DNA of 64,000 nucleotides, from the NCBI GenBank assembly GCA_019058445.1, contig JAHPZA010000009.1, positions 64,001 through 128,000 of the forward strand. Reading direction: 5' to 3'. The stretch's first letter is position 1. Each line of letters starts with the position of its first letter. Positions 9,876-18,979 of this stretch are shown piece after piece. The notes under the pieces are model-generated. The model ran no database searches, was not told the origin of the DNA, and saw nothing but the letters and a program-made list of their open reading frames with translations. The stretch comes from Promethearchaeota archaeon (GTDB taxonomy: Archaea > Asgardarchaeota > Lokiarchaeia > Sigyniarchaeales > SOKP01). A program made the position numbers and the translations under genes.

Positions 9876-10493
9876 TTATAATCTGTCACCGCATTCATCA
9901 CAAAAGCGCGCTCCTCCTCGATTAATATTCCCACATTTCTTACAAATACTTTTTTCTTCTGGTTCTATTTCTTCATTCCGTTGTTGGTCCAACTTTTTCC
10001 GTATAAATTCTTTGGCATGAACGGCGTAAGGGAAGGTAGGATCAATATCTAAGGCTTTTTGATAATATGTTAAGGCCTTATTTAAGTTTTCTTTTGTTTC
10101 ATAAATTAAACCTATATTATAATAACAATGCTTATAATCTGGTTTAATTTTAATTGCGTCATAGTATGCTTTTAACGCATTCTCAACCTGACCTAGATTA
10201 AAATAGGCAATTCCTAAATTGTAGTGGACTTTATAATTTTTTGGCTCAATTTTAAGAATTCTTTTGAAAATTTCAACTGCCTTCTCGTATTCTACCATAT
10301 ATTCATCGTTAAGATACCCACCATAAGAAAATAAAGCATTAATTAAAGTTTTCTTAATTAATTCCGATTGTGGATCTTTGTGATACACATCTTCTAGCAA
10401 TTCAATTGCTTCTTCGAATTTCTCTTTATTAATTAAACTTTTAGCCTGATTAATAATTTCTTGTGTGTTATTCAATGTTTTCACTTTTTCCAA
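9876..10493 (-). CDS. TPR protein with C-terminal zinc ribbon
   Basis: TPR repeats (HYNLGIAY, YYNIGLIY); CKKCG...FCDECG. Confidence 0.9.
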   Translation of the reverse strand: MEKVKTLNNTQEIINQAKSLINKEKFEEAIELLEDVYHKDPQSELIKKTLINALFSYGGYLNDEYMVEYEKAVEIFKRILKIEPKNYKVHYNLGIAYFNLGQVENALKAYYDAIKIKPDYKHCYYNIGLIYETKENLNKALTYYQKALDIDPTFPYAVHAKEFIRKKLDQQRNEEIEPEEKSICKKCGNINRGGARFCDECGDRL

Positions 10494-10537
10494 TCTATTT
10501 CATGAATTTAGTAATCAAACAAGAAAATAAATAAGAA

Positions 10538-10993
10538 TTATATCTCTTTTTCATACCAGATATATTGAGATTTTTTTAATCCAAGTTTCATTAATAAACT
10601 TCGCATTGACCCATCTGAATCCGGACAAATAATATGGATTTTTTTCATATCCGGAATGGTTTTTTTTATATACGTAAGAAGTTCACGTAATATCTTTTCC
10701 TCAATACCTTTTTTGAATGAATCTTCTTTTCTCGTTAAAACTTGATGTATTAAAACCCTACTATTTCCAAGATAATCTCTAAAAATTGTATAAGTGCCCC
10801 AGCCAACCATTTTATCACCCTCTTTTATCATAACCATAGAATTCCGATATTGTAAGTCAAGGAGTCTTTTATTCAATTCTGTTTCAAAATTCTTCCAGTT
10901 TGAAGAAAAATATGTTTTATTTTGAATAAAATCATTAAATAGTTCTATTAGGGCTTCCTTATCTTTTCTGGGGTCATATCTATATACCTGCAT
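10538..10993 (-). CDS. GNAT-fold acetyltransferase-like protein (start likely ATG 10993)
   Basis: KMVGWG strand, FKKGIEEKIL degenerate motif A, LMKLGLK C-terminal motif. Confidence 0.6.
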   Translation of the reverse strand: MQVYRYDPRKDKEALIELFNDFIQNKTYFSSNWKNFETELNKRLLDLQYRNSMVMIKEGDKMVGWGTYTIFRDYLGNSRVLIHQVLTRKEDSFKKGIEEKILRELLTYIKKTIPDMKKIHIICPDSDGSMRSLLMKLGLKKSQYIWYEKEI

Positions 10994-11180
10994 TATTAGG
11001 TTAATCCATTTATAATTAAGAATAGAATGCAATTAGCAATAATTTGAATGTTTCTCATTTATTATATTTTTACAAGATATAGACTGATTTTCAAACTAAA
11101 CCAAAAAATTATAACCCTTTTTTAATTTATTTATTGTTAACGGATTAATATCCTAATATAAGAACGATTGAACAAATACA

Positions 11181-11230
11181 TCTTATTAATCAGTTAAGAT
11201 TGTCTAATGATTAATAGGAATTTTTTTTTT
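11181..11230 (+). other. intergenic stem-loop followed by T10 (terminator/sRNA end or operator)
   Basis: TCTTATTAATCA (11181-11192) pairs with TGATTAATAGGA (11208-11219), one G-U; T-run 11221-11230. Confidence 0.5.
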
Positions 11231-11280
11231 AATAGGTGGGTTATAAAAGAATGATATAAATGAAACAACGAATAAATCAT

Positions 11281-11823
11281 ATGAAGTCAGAAAATAAAGA
11301 GTTAATAATCCCTTTTAACTTTATTAAAGAACAAATCTTAATTCCATTTAAACCTTTAAGAAAGGGAGTAGTTATACCAAAACCATCAAAAAAAGGAGAT
11401 GCAGGTGCTGATGCGCGGATTATGGGATTTAAAAAGATTATAAACGAAGATGGCAAAAAAGAATTGGTTGAAATTGATTTAGAAAGTTACACATTACAAC
11501 CTCTAGAGAGAATAGGATGTCCTTTAGGTTTTTCTACAGCTATTCCTGAAGGGTATTATTTTAAAGTTGTCCCTAGAAGTGGTTTGGCTTTGTGGGAAGG
11601 CTTATCAATCGTAAATACTCCTGGTACCATAGATACTGGATATAGAAACGAATGGATGGCAATTGTAGTAAATTTATCAAATAAAGAAGTTATTTTAAGA
11701 AAAGGGGATCGAATTTGTCAAATAATTCTTGGCAAACTTCATGATTATAAGTTTATTGAGACAAATAAACTGCCAGATTCAGAACGAGGTTTAGGTGGAT
11801 TTGGCTCCACTGGGAAAGAATAA
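11281..11823 (+). CDS. dut: trimeric dUTP diphosphatase (alternative start ATG 11260)
   Basis: GDAGAD, PRSGLA, GTIDTGYR, GDRICQ, RGLGGFGSTG motifs I-V; TATA TTATAAAA at 11241 favours the 11281 start. Confidence 0.95.
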   Translation: MKSENKELIIPFNFIKEQILIPFKPLRKGVVIPKPSKKGDAGADARIMGFKKIINEDGKKELVEIDLESYTLQPLERIGCPLGFSTAIPEGYYFKVVPRSGLALWEGLSIVNTPGTIDTGYRNEWMAIVVNLSNKEVILRKGDRICQIILGKLHDYKFIETNKLPDSERGLGGFGSTGKE

Positions 11824-11981
11824 GAGCTTGTTTCCAAAGTATACTTTTTTTTAGAATATCTTGTTTTTTTATTTAGTATAATAGATAGGTTTTATTATTT
11901 AAAAAAAAAACTTCTTAAAATTTTATTAATTTCTTGAAATATAATTCTTTATTTAAAGTAGTATTATTTCTGGTATTTAAT

Positions 11982-13526
11982 TTGACTAATATTAATGAAA
12001 ATAAATTAGCGAAATCAGATCAAACTAATGAAGATCTGTCAAAAAACCATTTTCTCTATAAAATCTTAAATCCTAAAAGCATGTGCGTTTTTGGAGCGAA
12101 CAATAATTTAATCCAAACGATGGGGAGCATGCAATTAAGAAATTGTATAGCTGGCGGAGGTTTTGACCAAAATATTTACCCGATTCATCCGAGATTGGAT
12201 AATGTTCAAGGATTTAAAGCATATAAATCAGTTTTGGATTTACCTATTGTCCCTGAATTAGCATTTATTATTTTACCGCCTAATGCTGTTCCTGAAGTTA
12301 TGGAAGAATGTGGCCAAAAGGGAATAAAAAATTTAATTATTACGTCAGGAGGTTTCAGAGAGAGTGGTCCTGATGGAATTCAACTATCTTCTAAGATAGA
12401 TGAATTAGCTAAAAAATATAAAATGCGCTTTATTGGTCCTAACTGTTTGGGTGTATATAATGGATGGTTCCACTATCCCAAAAAACAAAATGCATACATT
12501 AATACCTTTTGGATTTACATACCTCATAAAAGAGGTAATATATCATTAGTAAGTCAATCAGGTACCATTGCAGCTCAAACTGCATGGCATACGAACACTA
12601 TGGGTGTAAAAATCGGGAAATCTATTTCTATAGGGAATGAAAGAAATATTGATATTGTCGATTTTTTAGAATTTTTTAGAGATGATCCTCAAACTGATGT
12701 AATCGGTATGTATTTAGAAGAAGTTAAGCGTGGTAAGGAATTTGTAAAATTAGCACAAGAAATAACTCCTAAAAAACCTATTGTAGCGATATATGCGGGA
12801 GGCTCAAATGCTGCAAATAGGTCGATTATGAGTCATACAGGTTCTATAGGAGGGAATGAAAAGATATATAATGCTGTTTTTAAAGAAACGGGCATTATTT
12901 ACACTACTTCAGTTACAGACTTTTTATATTATCTGAGAACGCTGTCATATGCTCAAATTAAAAATGTATTTCCTAAAGGTAGAAGGCTGGGTATTATTAC
13001 GGATTCAGGAGGATCTGGGTCTATTATTACGAAAATGGCAGAAAAATACAATTTAAAAGTGCCAGAATTCTCGAAGGAATTACAAAATAAAATCTCTGAT
13101 TTGATACCTCCCACGGGAAGTAAATCTAATCCGGTAGATATCACTTTTTTTAGAAATTATAATGATTTTTTCGTTAAATTACCGAAAATTATATTGAAAT
13201 CTGGTGAAATTGATTGCCTAATTTTTGATGGTATCTTCGATTTTCAAGAAGTTTTTGAGGTTATGGAAAATTCTGGATATCCTGTTGATGAAAAAATCAA
13301 ATCCTCAATGGGTTTATTCTTTAGTATGATTATACAGCCTTTACAAAAATTAGTTCGGAGAAAATCCATACCGTTTTTTTATAGTGGACCTCAACTTTAC
13401 ACGCATCCGTTATATAAGGAATTTCTTGATAATAATATTAGTATTTTTGATCTATGGGACCAACCTTCCAAATGTATGACAATATTAGTAAAATATGCTG
13501 AATATCGAAGAAAACACTCTTTATAG
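11982..13526 (+). CDS. ADP-forming acetate/acyl-CoA ligase alpha-like subunit, copy 1 (TTG start)
   Basis: CoA-binding domain (LNPKS, IYPIHP, GPNCLG), SQSG, phospho-His SHTGS, NPVD. Confidence 0.9.
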   Translation: MTNINENKLAKSDQTNEDLSKNHFLYKILNPKSMCVFGANNNLIQTMGSMQLRNCIAGGGFDQNIYPIHPRLDNVQGFKAYKSVLDLPIVPELAFIILPPNAVPEVMEECGQKGIKNLIITSGGFRESGPDGIQLSSKIDELAKKYKMRFIGPNCLGVYNGWFHYPKKQNAYINTFWIYIPHKRGNISLVSQSGTIAAQTAWHTNTMGVKIGKSISIGNERNIDIVDFLEFFRDDPQTDVIGMYLEEVKRGKEFVKLAQEITPKKPIVAIYAGGSNAANRSIMSHTGSIGGNEKIYNAVFKETGIIYTTSVTDFLYYLRTLSYAQIKNVFPKGRRLGIITDSGGSGSIITKMAEKYNLKVPEFSKELQNKISDLIPPTGSKSNPVDITFFRNYNDFFVKLPKIILKSGEIDCLIFDGIFDFQEVFEVMENSGYPVDEKIKSSMGLFFSMIIQPLQKLVRRKSIPFFYSGPQLYTHPLYKEFLDNNISIFDLWDQPSKCMTILVKYAEYRRKHSL

Positions 13527-13611
13527 CAATTTCATGATTTATTTAAAATTAAGTTCATATTACCTTATTCATTTTTAAATTCAAAATTATTGAAATAAAT
13601 GTGATTTATTA

Positions 13612-15129
13612 TTGACCGAATTGTCGGAAAAAAATACACATCCTTTAGAGGGACACTTCTTATATTCTTTTCTAAATCCTAAAAGCATTACTGTATTTGG
13701 TGCTAATAATGAATATTTAGGCACAATGGGTGCAATGCAACTTCGAAACGTTATTTTTGGCGGATTTCCAAAAGATAAGATCTTTCCCATACATCCAAAA
13801 CTTAAAGAAGTTCAAGGATTAAAAACATATCAAAGTGTATTAGATTTACCCGAGATCCCAGATTTAGCGTTTATTATTTTAAGACCCCACATAGTGCCTC
13901 AAGTGTTAGAAGAGTGCGGACAGAAAGGAATAAAAAAAGTAATTATCACTTCTGGAGGATTTCGGGAGATTGGAAATGAGGATTTATACAATGAACTTAT
14001 TAAGATTACGACCAAATATGACATGAGATTTATAGGCCCCAATTGCTTAGGAGTATATAACGCATGGTACAGATATCCTGAATATTCTGACACCAATTTC
14101 AACACCATGTGGATTCATGAAACTCCCGAAAGAGGTAATATTTCAATCATTGCTCATTCAGGAACGATAGCTTCTCATATTTTCTGGGCATGTAGAGACA
14201 TTGGAGTAAAGATTAGTAAATCATTTTCAATCGGTAATGAAGATGATATTGATATTGTTGATTGCTTAAATTACTTAAAAGATGATCCTGAGACGAGTGT
14301 AATAGGATTATATATTGAAGAGATCAAGAGGGGAAAGGAATTTATGGATCTGATAAAGGACATCACTTCCAAAAAGCCTATTGTTGCAATATATGCTGGT
14401 GGAACAAAAGCAGCCTCAAGGACAATTATGGGACATACAGGTTCAATAGCAGGTGATGATAATATCTTTGAATCTGTGTTTAAAGAGACAGGTATTATTT
14501 CTACTATATCGATTAAAGATTTTATGTATTACTTAAGAGAATTTTCAAGTGGAATTCTTCCAAAGGGTAATAGGCTTGGAATTTTAACAGATTCTGGAGG
14601 TTGTGGAGCAATGATGGCAAAAGCAGCTGAAAAAAGTGGTTTGGCTGTTCCCGAATTCTCAGAAGAGTTAAAATCTAAACTTAAAGAACATGTTGTGGAT
14701 ATTGCAAATATTGATAATCCGCTCGACCTCACTTTCTCATTTGGTGTGCATAATAAATATATTAAAATTCCTAAACTAATGATTAACTCAGATGAGATAG
14801 ATGGTGTCGTTATTTATGCTGCTTGGGCAGTTGAAGAATTTTTAGACATAGTTAAAAAGTCTGGTGGAGACGTTCCCGATATATTCGCTCAAACGAGTAA
14901 CGAAATGATGAGTAGGGCTTATTTAAAACCTATGCAAAAATTTGCTCGTAAAAAATCTGCTCCAATTTTGTATATTTGTCCACAAGGGTATTCTAATGAC
15001 TGGGTTAAAGAATTTATCAAATTAAATATTCCAATTTTTGATTTGTGGGATATGCCAATTAAATGTTTTGAAGTTCTTGCTAAATATTCCGAATATCGCA
15101 AAAAGTTATCCCAAACATCTAAATCTTAG
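13612..15129 (+). CDS. ADP-forming acetate/acyl-CoA ligase alpha-like subunit, copy 2
   Basis: Same motifs (GPNCLG, GHTGS, NPLD); tandem paralog; GTGAT+6 nt+TTG. Confidence 0.9.
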   Translation: MTELSEKNTHPLEGHFLYSFLNPKSITVFGANNEYLGTMGAMQLRNVIFGGFPKDKIFPIHPKLKEVQGLKTYQSVLDLPEIPDLAFIILRPHIVPQVLEECGQKGIKKVIITSGGFREIGNEDLYNELIKITTKYDMRFIGPNCLGVYNAWYRYPEYSDTNFNTMWIHETPERGNISIIAHSGTIASHIFWACRDIGVKISKSFSIGNEDDIDIVDCLNYLKDDPETSVIGLYIEEIKRGKEFMDLIKDITSKKPIVAIYAGGTKAASRTIMGHTGSIAGDDNIFESVFKETGIISTISIKDFMYYLREFSSGILPKGNRLGILTDSGGCGAMMAKAAEKSGLAVPEFSEELKSKLKEHVVDIANIDNPLDLTFSFGVHNKYIKIPKLMINSDEIDGVVIYAAWAVEEFLDIVKKSGGDVPDIFAQTSNEMMSRAYLKPMQKFARKKSAPILYICPQGYSNDWVKEFIKLNIPIFDLWDMPIKCFEVLAKYSEYRKKLSQTSKS

Positions 15130-15336
15130 TAAATTAGTTTCTAATATTTTATTTTTCTATTTATTTCAAGATTATTTATGTAAATTTTTCAAAATAAATA
15201 AGTCAAATTTGTTTTGAATTGTTTTATTCACATCAATTTAATATCTATTTTCAATTAAATTGAATTTTATACAAGTTAATAGAACGAACATCAAAAATAA
15301 AAGGTAGTTTAAAAAATCAGTTCTTGTTTAATCTAA

Positions 15337-17355
15337 TTGAAAGAGAAGACATTATCATCTCTAATTATTTTAACAAAAAGCCCATTAAAAAAGTTGAGTA
15401 AATCCGACAAGGATAAGAGGAACACTGTGAAGTCGAAAGGACTTTATTCAAATTCAAATAGTGAACCAGAAGAATTGATGAAAACCCGAGAAACCTTAGA
15501 AGAATCAGAACAGAGATATCGAGATTTATTAGAGTCATCCTCAATGGGTTTAATGGAATTAGATATGAAGAAATGGCAGATATCTTATGTTAATCAGAGA
15601 TTAATAGATATTATAGGTTATTCAAGAGAAGAATTAAACAAAAATAATTTAATGGCAAAGGTTATTCACCCAGACGATATCTATGAGATTATAAATTCCT
15701 TTGAAGATGGGGATTTAGAGTGTAGAATTACATCTAAAGATGGACAATTAAAATGGTTAGCAGGCACTAAGATAGGACAATATAATGAGAAAACGGAGCT
15801 TATAAGTTTAAGGATATGGTTATATGATATTACGGAAAAGAAACTAAAAGAACAGAAATTGTCAGAATCTGAAGAGAAATATCGATTTCTGTTTGAAAAT
15901 TCACCATTTCCCATCTTTTTAATTAATATGAAAGGTAAAGTTTTGGATTGTAATCCAAGTTTTGAGGAAGTTACAGGATATAGAAGAGAAGAAATATTAG
16001 GAATAAATTATGCTAACCTTAAGTTAATTCATCCAAAATATCTCCCAATACTATTAAATCGTTTCAAATTAATTAAAAAAGTTAAAAAACATCCTATCTT
16101 GGAAATAGAGCTATATAAAAAAGATGGAAGTATAATTTGGGTAAGATTTCAATCATCATTGGTAGAAATTGGTAATAAAGCATTTATTCAAGTAATTGGA
16201 GATGATATTACACCTCAAAAGGAAGCTGAAAAGAAATTAAGAGAATCTGAAATAAAATACCGAAGTATAATTGAAGCATCTCCAAATTTAATGCTTTTGT
16301 TTGATGACAAGGGAACTGTTATTGACTGTAACAATTCAGTATTACAATATTTTGAACTACCGAGGAAAAATATAATTGGATTTAAAATTTATGAACTTTT
16401 ATCAAATTTCTCAGAAGATAGTACGATTTCAATTTTAAATCTAATTAGCAATAATCTAAGGAATAATAAGTCCGATCCAATTGAATTCTCGTATATAAAC
16501 AGTAAAAATAAGACACAATGGTATCAACTTTACTATTCTACGGTTAAAATAGGAGAAAATTCTTTCTTTCATCTTGAACTTCAAGATTTTACGAAATTAA
16601 AAGAAGCAGAAAATATAATTAAAGAAGAAAACAGACGACTTATGGATTTAGATAAATTAAGAAAAAAGTTTTTAGACACTGCAGCTCACGAGTTAAAAAC
16701 TCCTCTCACATCTGTTTATGGAGCAATTCAGCTCATATATGAATTAAATATAGATATCTTAAATCCGGAATCACTAAAATTTATTGAAATAGCGAAAAAT
16801 GGTAGCGAAAGATTAAAAGATTTAATTCTTAATTTACTTGATATTTCACGATTAGAATTTAACAACTTTAGGATTCATAAGAAAAACCATGATTTAGTTA
16901 ACATAATTAAGAATTGTATCAGTGACATTAATTATTTATTCTACAAAAGGGGACAATTAATAATTCTGGATCTTCCTGAGAATTTATATGTAGAAGTAGA
17001 CAAATCTGGAATTGAACGTGTGATTATCAATTTATTATCTAATGCAACTAAATATACACCTCCAAAAGGAAAAATTGAAGTAAAATTGGGGGAAAATAAG
17101 AATTATATTGAGTTATCAATCAAGGATACAGGAGTAGGATTAACTAAAAAAGAAATAAATAAAATTTTTAATAAATTTAGTAAGATCGAAAGGTCTAAAG
17201 ATGTAGAAATCGATTTAATTAAAGAGGGAACTGGATTAGGGTTGAATATTTCAAAAGAAATTGTTGAAATGCATGGTGGACAGATATGGGTTTCCTCAGA
17301 AGGGCGAAATAAAGGCTCAACTTTTATAGTTAGACTCCCAGTGAACAAAAAATAA
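15337..17355 (+). CDS. cytoplasmic multi-PAS sensor histidine kinase (start may be GTG 15427)
   Basis: Three PAS/S-box repeats (ESE..YR), H-box AAHELKTPLT, N-box NLLSNATKY, DTGVG, GTGLGL. Confidence 0.93.
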   Translation: MKEKTLSSLIILTKSPLKKLSKSDKDKRNTVKSKGLYSNSNSEPEELMKTRETLEESEQRYRDLLESSSMGLMELDMKKWQISYVNQRLIDIIGYSREELNKNNLMAKVIHPDDIYEIINSFEDGDLECRITSKDGQLKWLAGTKIGQYNEKTELISLRIWLYDITEKKLKEQKLSESEEKYRFLFENSPFPIFLINMKGKVLDCNPSFEEVTGYRREEILGINYANLKLIHPKYLPILLNRFKLIKKVKKHPILEIELYKKDGSIIWVRFQSSLVEIGNKAFIQVIGDDITPQKEAEKKLRESEIKYRSIIEASPNLMLLFDDKGTVIDCNNSVLQYFELPRKNIIGFKIYELLSNFSEDSTISILNLISNNLRNNKSDPIEFSYINSKNKTQWYQLYYSTVKIGENSFFHLELQDFTKLKEAENIIKEENRRLMDLDKLRKKFLDTAAHELKTPLTSVYGAIQLIYELNIDILNPESLKFIEIAKNGSERLKDLILNLLDISRLEFNNFRIHKKNHDLVNIIKNCISDINYLFYKRGQLIILDLPENLYVEVDKSGIERVIINLLSNATKYTPPKGKIEVKLGENKNYIELSIKDTGVGLTKKEINKIFNKFSKIERSKDVEIDLIKEGTGLGLNISKEIVEMHGGQIWVSSEGRNKGSTFIVRLPVNKK

Positions 17356-17501
17356 GTAGTATGAGGAATTTTTTAAATTATTGTGTATAAGAATAAAAAT
17401 TGTGCCTCAAAAAATTTTCACTAATTATTTATATCATTATTAGAATATTATTATTAGAATTATTAAAAATGCGATAAATTTCATTAGAAAAGGATTTACT
17501 T

Positions 17502-18500
17502 TTGACAATAGAATTTTATAGACCGCCCAAAGCAATATTAGCTTCTGGAACTAAGGAAGGTGTTGAACTTGGTGGAGATAAAAGCATATTAAGTGTTGAT
17601 GGACAGCATAATTTGTATGACGAGGGAACTATTTTTACTGAGATGAGTTGGGCAGAGTTTTATAAAGAGTCAGGACTAGAAGACCAAATAGATACGTTTC
17701 AAACTACGGAATATAAATCTGTGAGAGATGATCCAAATGCATTAGTTAACACGATTGTTGAGAGCATTGAAAGGATTATAAGAGAAAAAAAACTTTTTTA
17801 TGGTATTGTTGATTTTGAGGTGGATGCATTTTTAAACCAAAATTGTGTGATTCCAGGGCTCACTTTAGATCCTGAGATTATAAATAAATTTATGGAGGCT
17901 CATAAAAAAACAAGAGATGAAAATTTATTTCCTGAGATTACTATTGGTGCTGGAGGAATATATAAAATTAAATTTGAGTTTCAGGGAAAGAATAAAAAGA
18001 ATTTAAGAATTTTTGGGTCGAGTCTAGAAGATATTTCTGATAAATTGCGATTGGCAAGGGGATTTGCTACTGGTATCGTTTGTACTAGTAGAGGGGCTGC
18101 AAACTTGTACATCATGAGCGATAACATTATTTTCTCTGAAAATGAGTTACCGGAGTTATATATTGATGAAGAAAACATAGGGATAATCGAAATGGGAATT
18201 CAACGAGAATTGCTATTCCCCATTAGTTGGTTTAGAATAGATATCGGTATAAAGTCCTTGGAAACTTTGGAATTGTGGGATGAGATAAAAGACAAGCCGA
18301 AACTTCAGAAAGCATTGGAGCAATATAATGATTATATTTCAAAACTGCTTATCAAAAAGTATAAAGCAGTCGCTTCGGGTGATCAGTTTAGCACTACTCT
18401 TGAGGAAGATTTTTACAATATGTCTCCAGCAGAAAGAAGAAAAGCATTGAAAGATATGGCAGACGCGATAAAAATCCTTACAAAAAAATATAAAGAGTAA
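17502..18500 (+). CDS. hypothetical acidic protein (332 aa)
   Basis: Long ORF, TTG after AAGGA; no family recognised. Confidence 0.8.
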   Translation: MTIEFYRPPKAILASGTKEGVELGGDKSILSVDGQHNLYDEGTIFTEMSWAEFYKESGLEDQIDTFQTTEYKSVRDDPNALVNTIVESIERIIREKKLFYGIVDFEVDAFLNQNCVIPGLTLDPEIINKFMEAHKKTRDENLFPEITIGAGGIYKIKFEFQGKNKKNLRIFGSSLEDISDKLRLARGFATGIVCTSRGAANLYIMSDNIIFSENELPELYIDEENIGIIEMGIQRELLFPISWFRIDIGIKSLETLELWDEIKDKPKLQKALEQYNDYISKLLIKKYKAVASGDQFSTTLEEDFYNMSPAERRKALKDMADAIKILTKKYKE

Positions 18501-18513
18501 AATCTTTTTCTGT

Positions 18514-18819
18514 TTAATCTTTTAAGATTCTTGGAGCTTTAAAATACCCATCCTTTTTATGTTGCGCATTTTTTAAAACTTCCTCATTAGAAAGGCTTTT
18601 CCAAGGAACATCTTCTCTAAACACATTCTTTAAGCCATCAATCGGATGTGTTGTGGGCTCGACGTCTGTGGTGTCCAAGTCATTTAATTTTTGAAAATAA
18701 GAGATTATATTATTTAATTGTTTGGAGAATTTTTCTTTCTCTTCCTCAGTTAAATCTAATAACGCTAATTTCGAAACATGATCAATAGTTTCTTTTGAAA
18801 ATTCTTCTTTTTTTGACAT
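18514..18819 (-). CDS. gatC: Asp-tRNA(Asn)/Glu-tRNA(Gln) amidotransferase subunit C
   Basis: HVSKLALL, LDTTDVEPT, NVFRED, GYFKAPRI. Confidence 0.95.
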   Translation of the reverse strand: MSKKEEFSKETIDHVSKLALLDLTEEEKEKFSKQLNNIISYFQKLNDLDTTDVEPTTHPIDGLKNVFREDVPWKSLSNEEVLKNAQHKKDGYFKAPRILKD

Positions 18820-18979
18820 GAGCAATAGAAAATAAATAATAATTTGTATTCAATCGATAATAATGTATTGTACTAATTAAGCTTAATTCTAAAGAAATTA
18901 AATAGAAATTGAATAAAATAAAAGAGATGTTATAACAAAGTTACCAATCATAATCATTTGGATCTGGGATTTACTATTC

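Noticed and set aside
17435-17466. ATTATTAGAAT direct repeat
   Set aside because: Two low-complexity copies in a promoter region; not CRISPR-like
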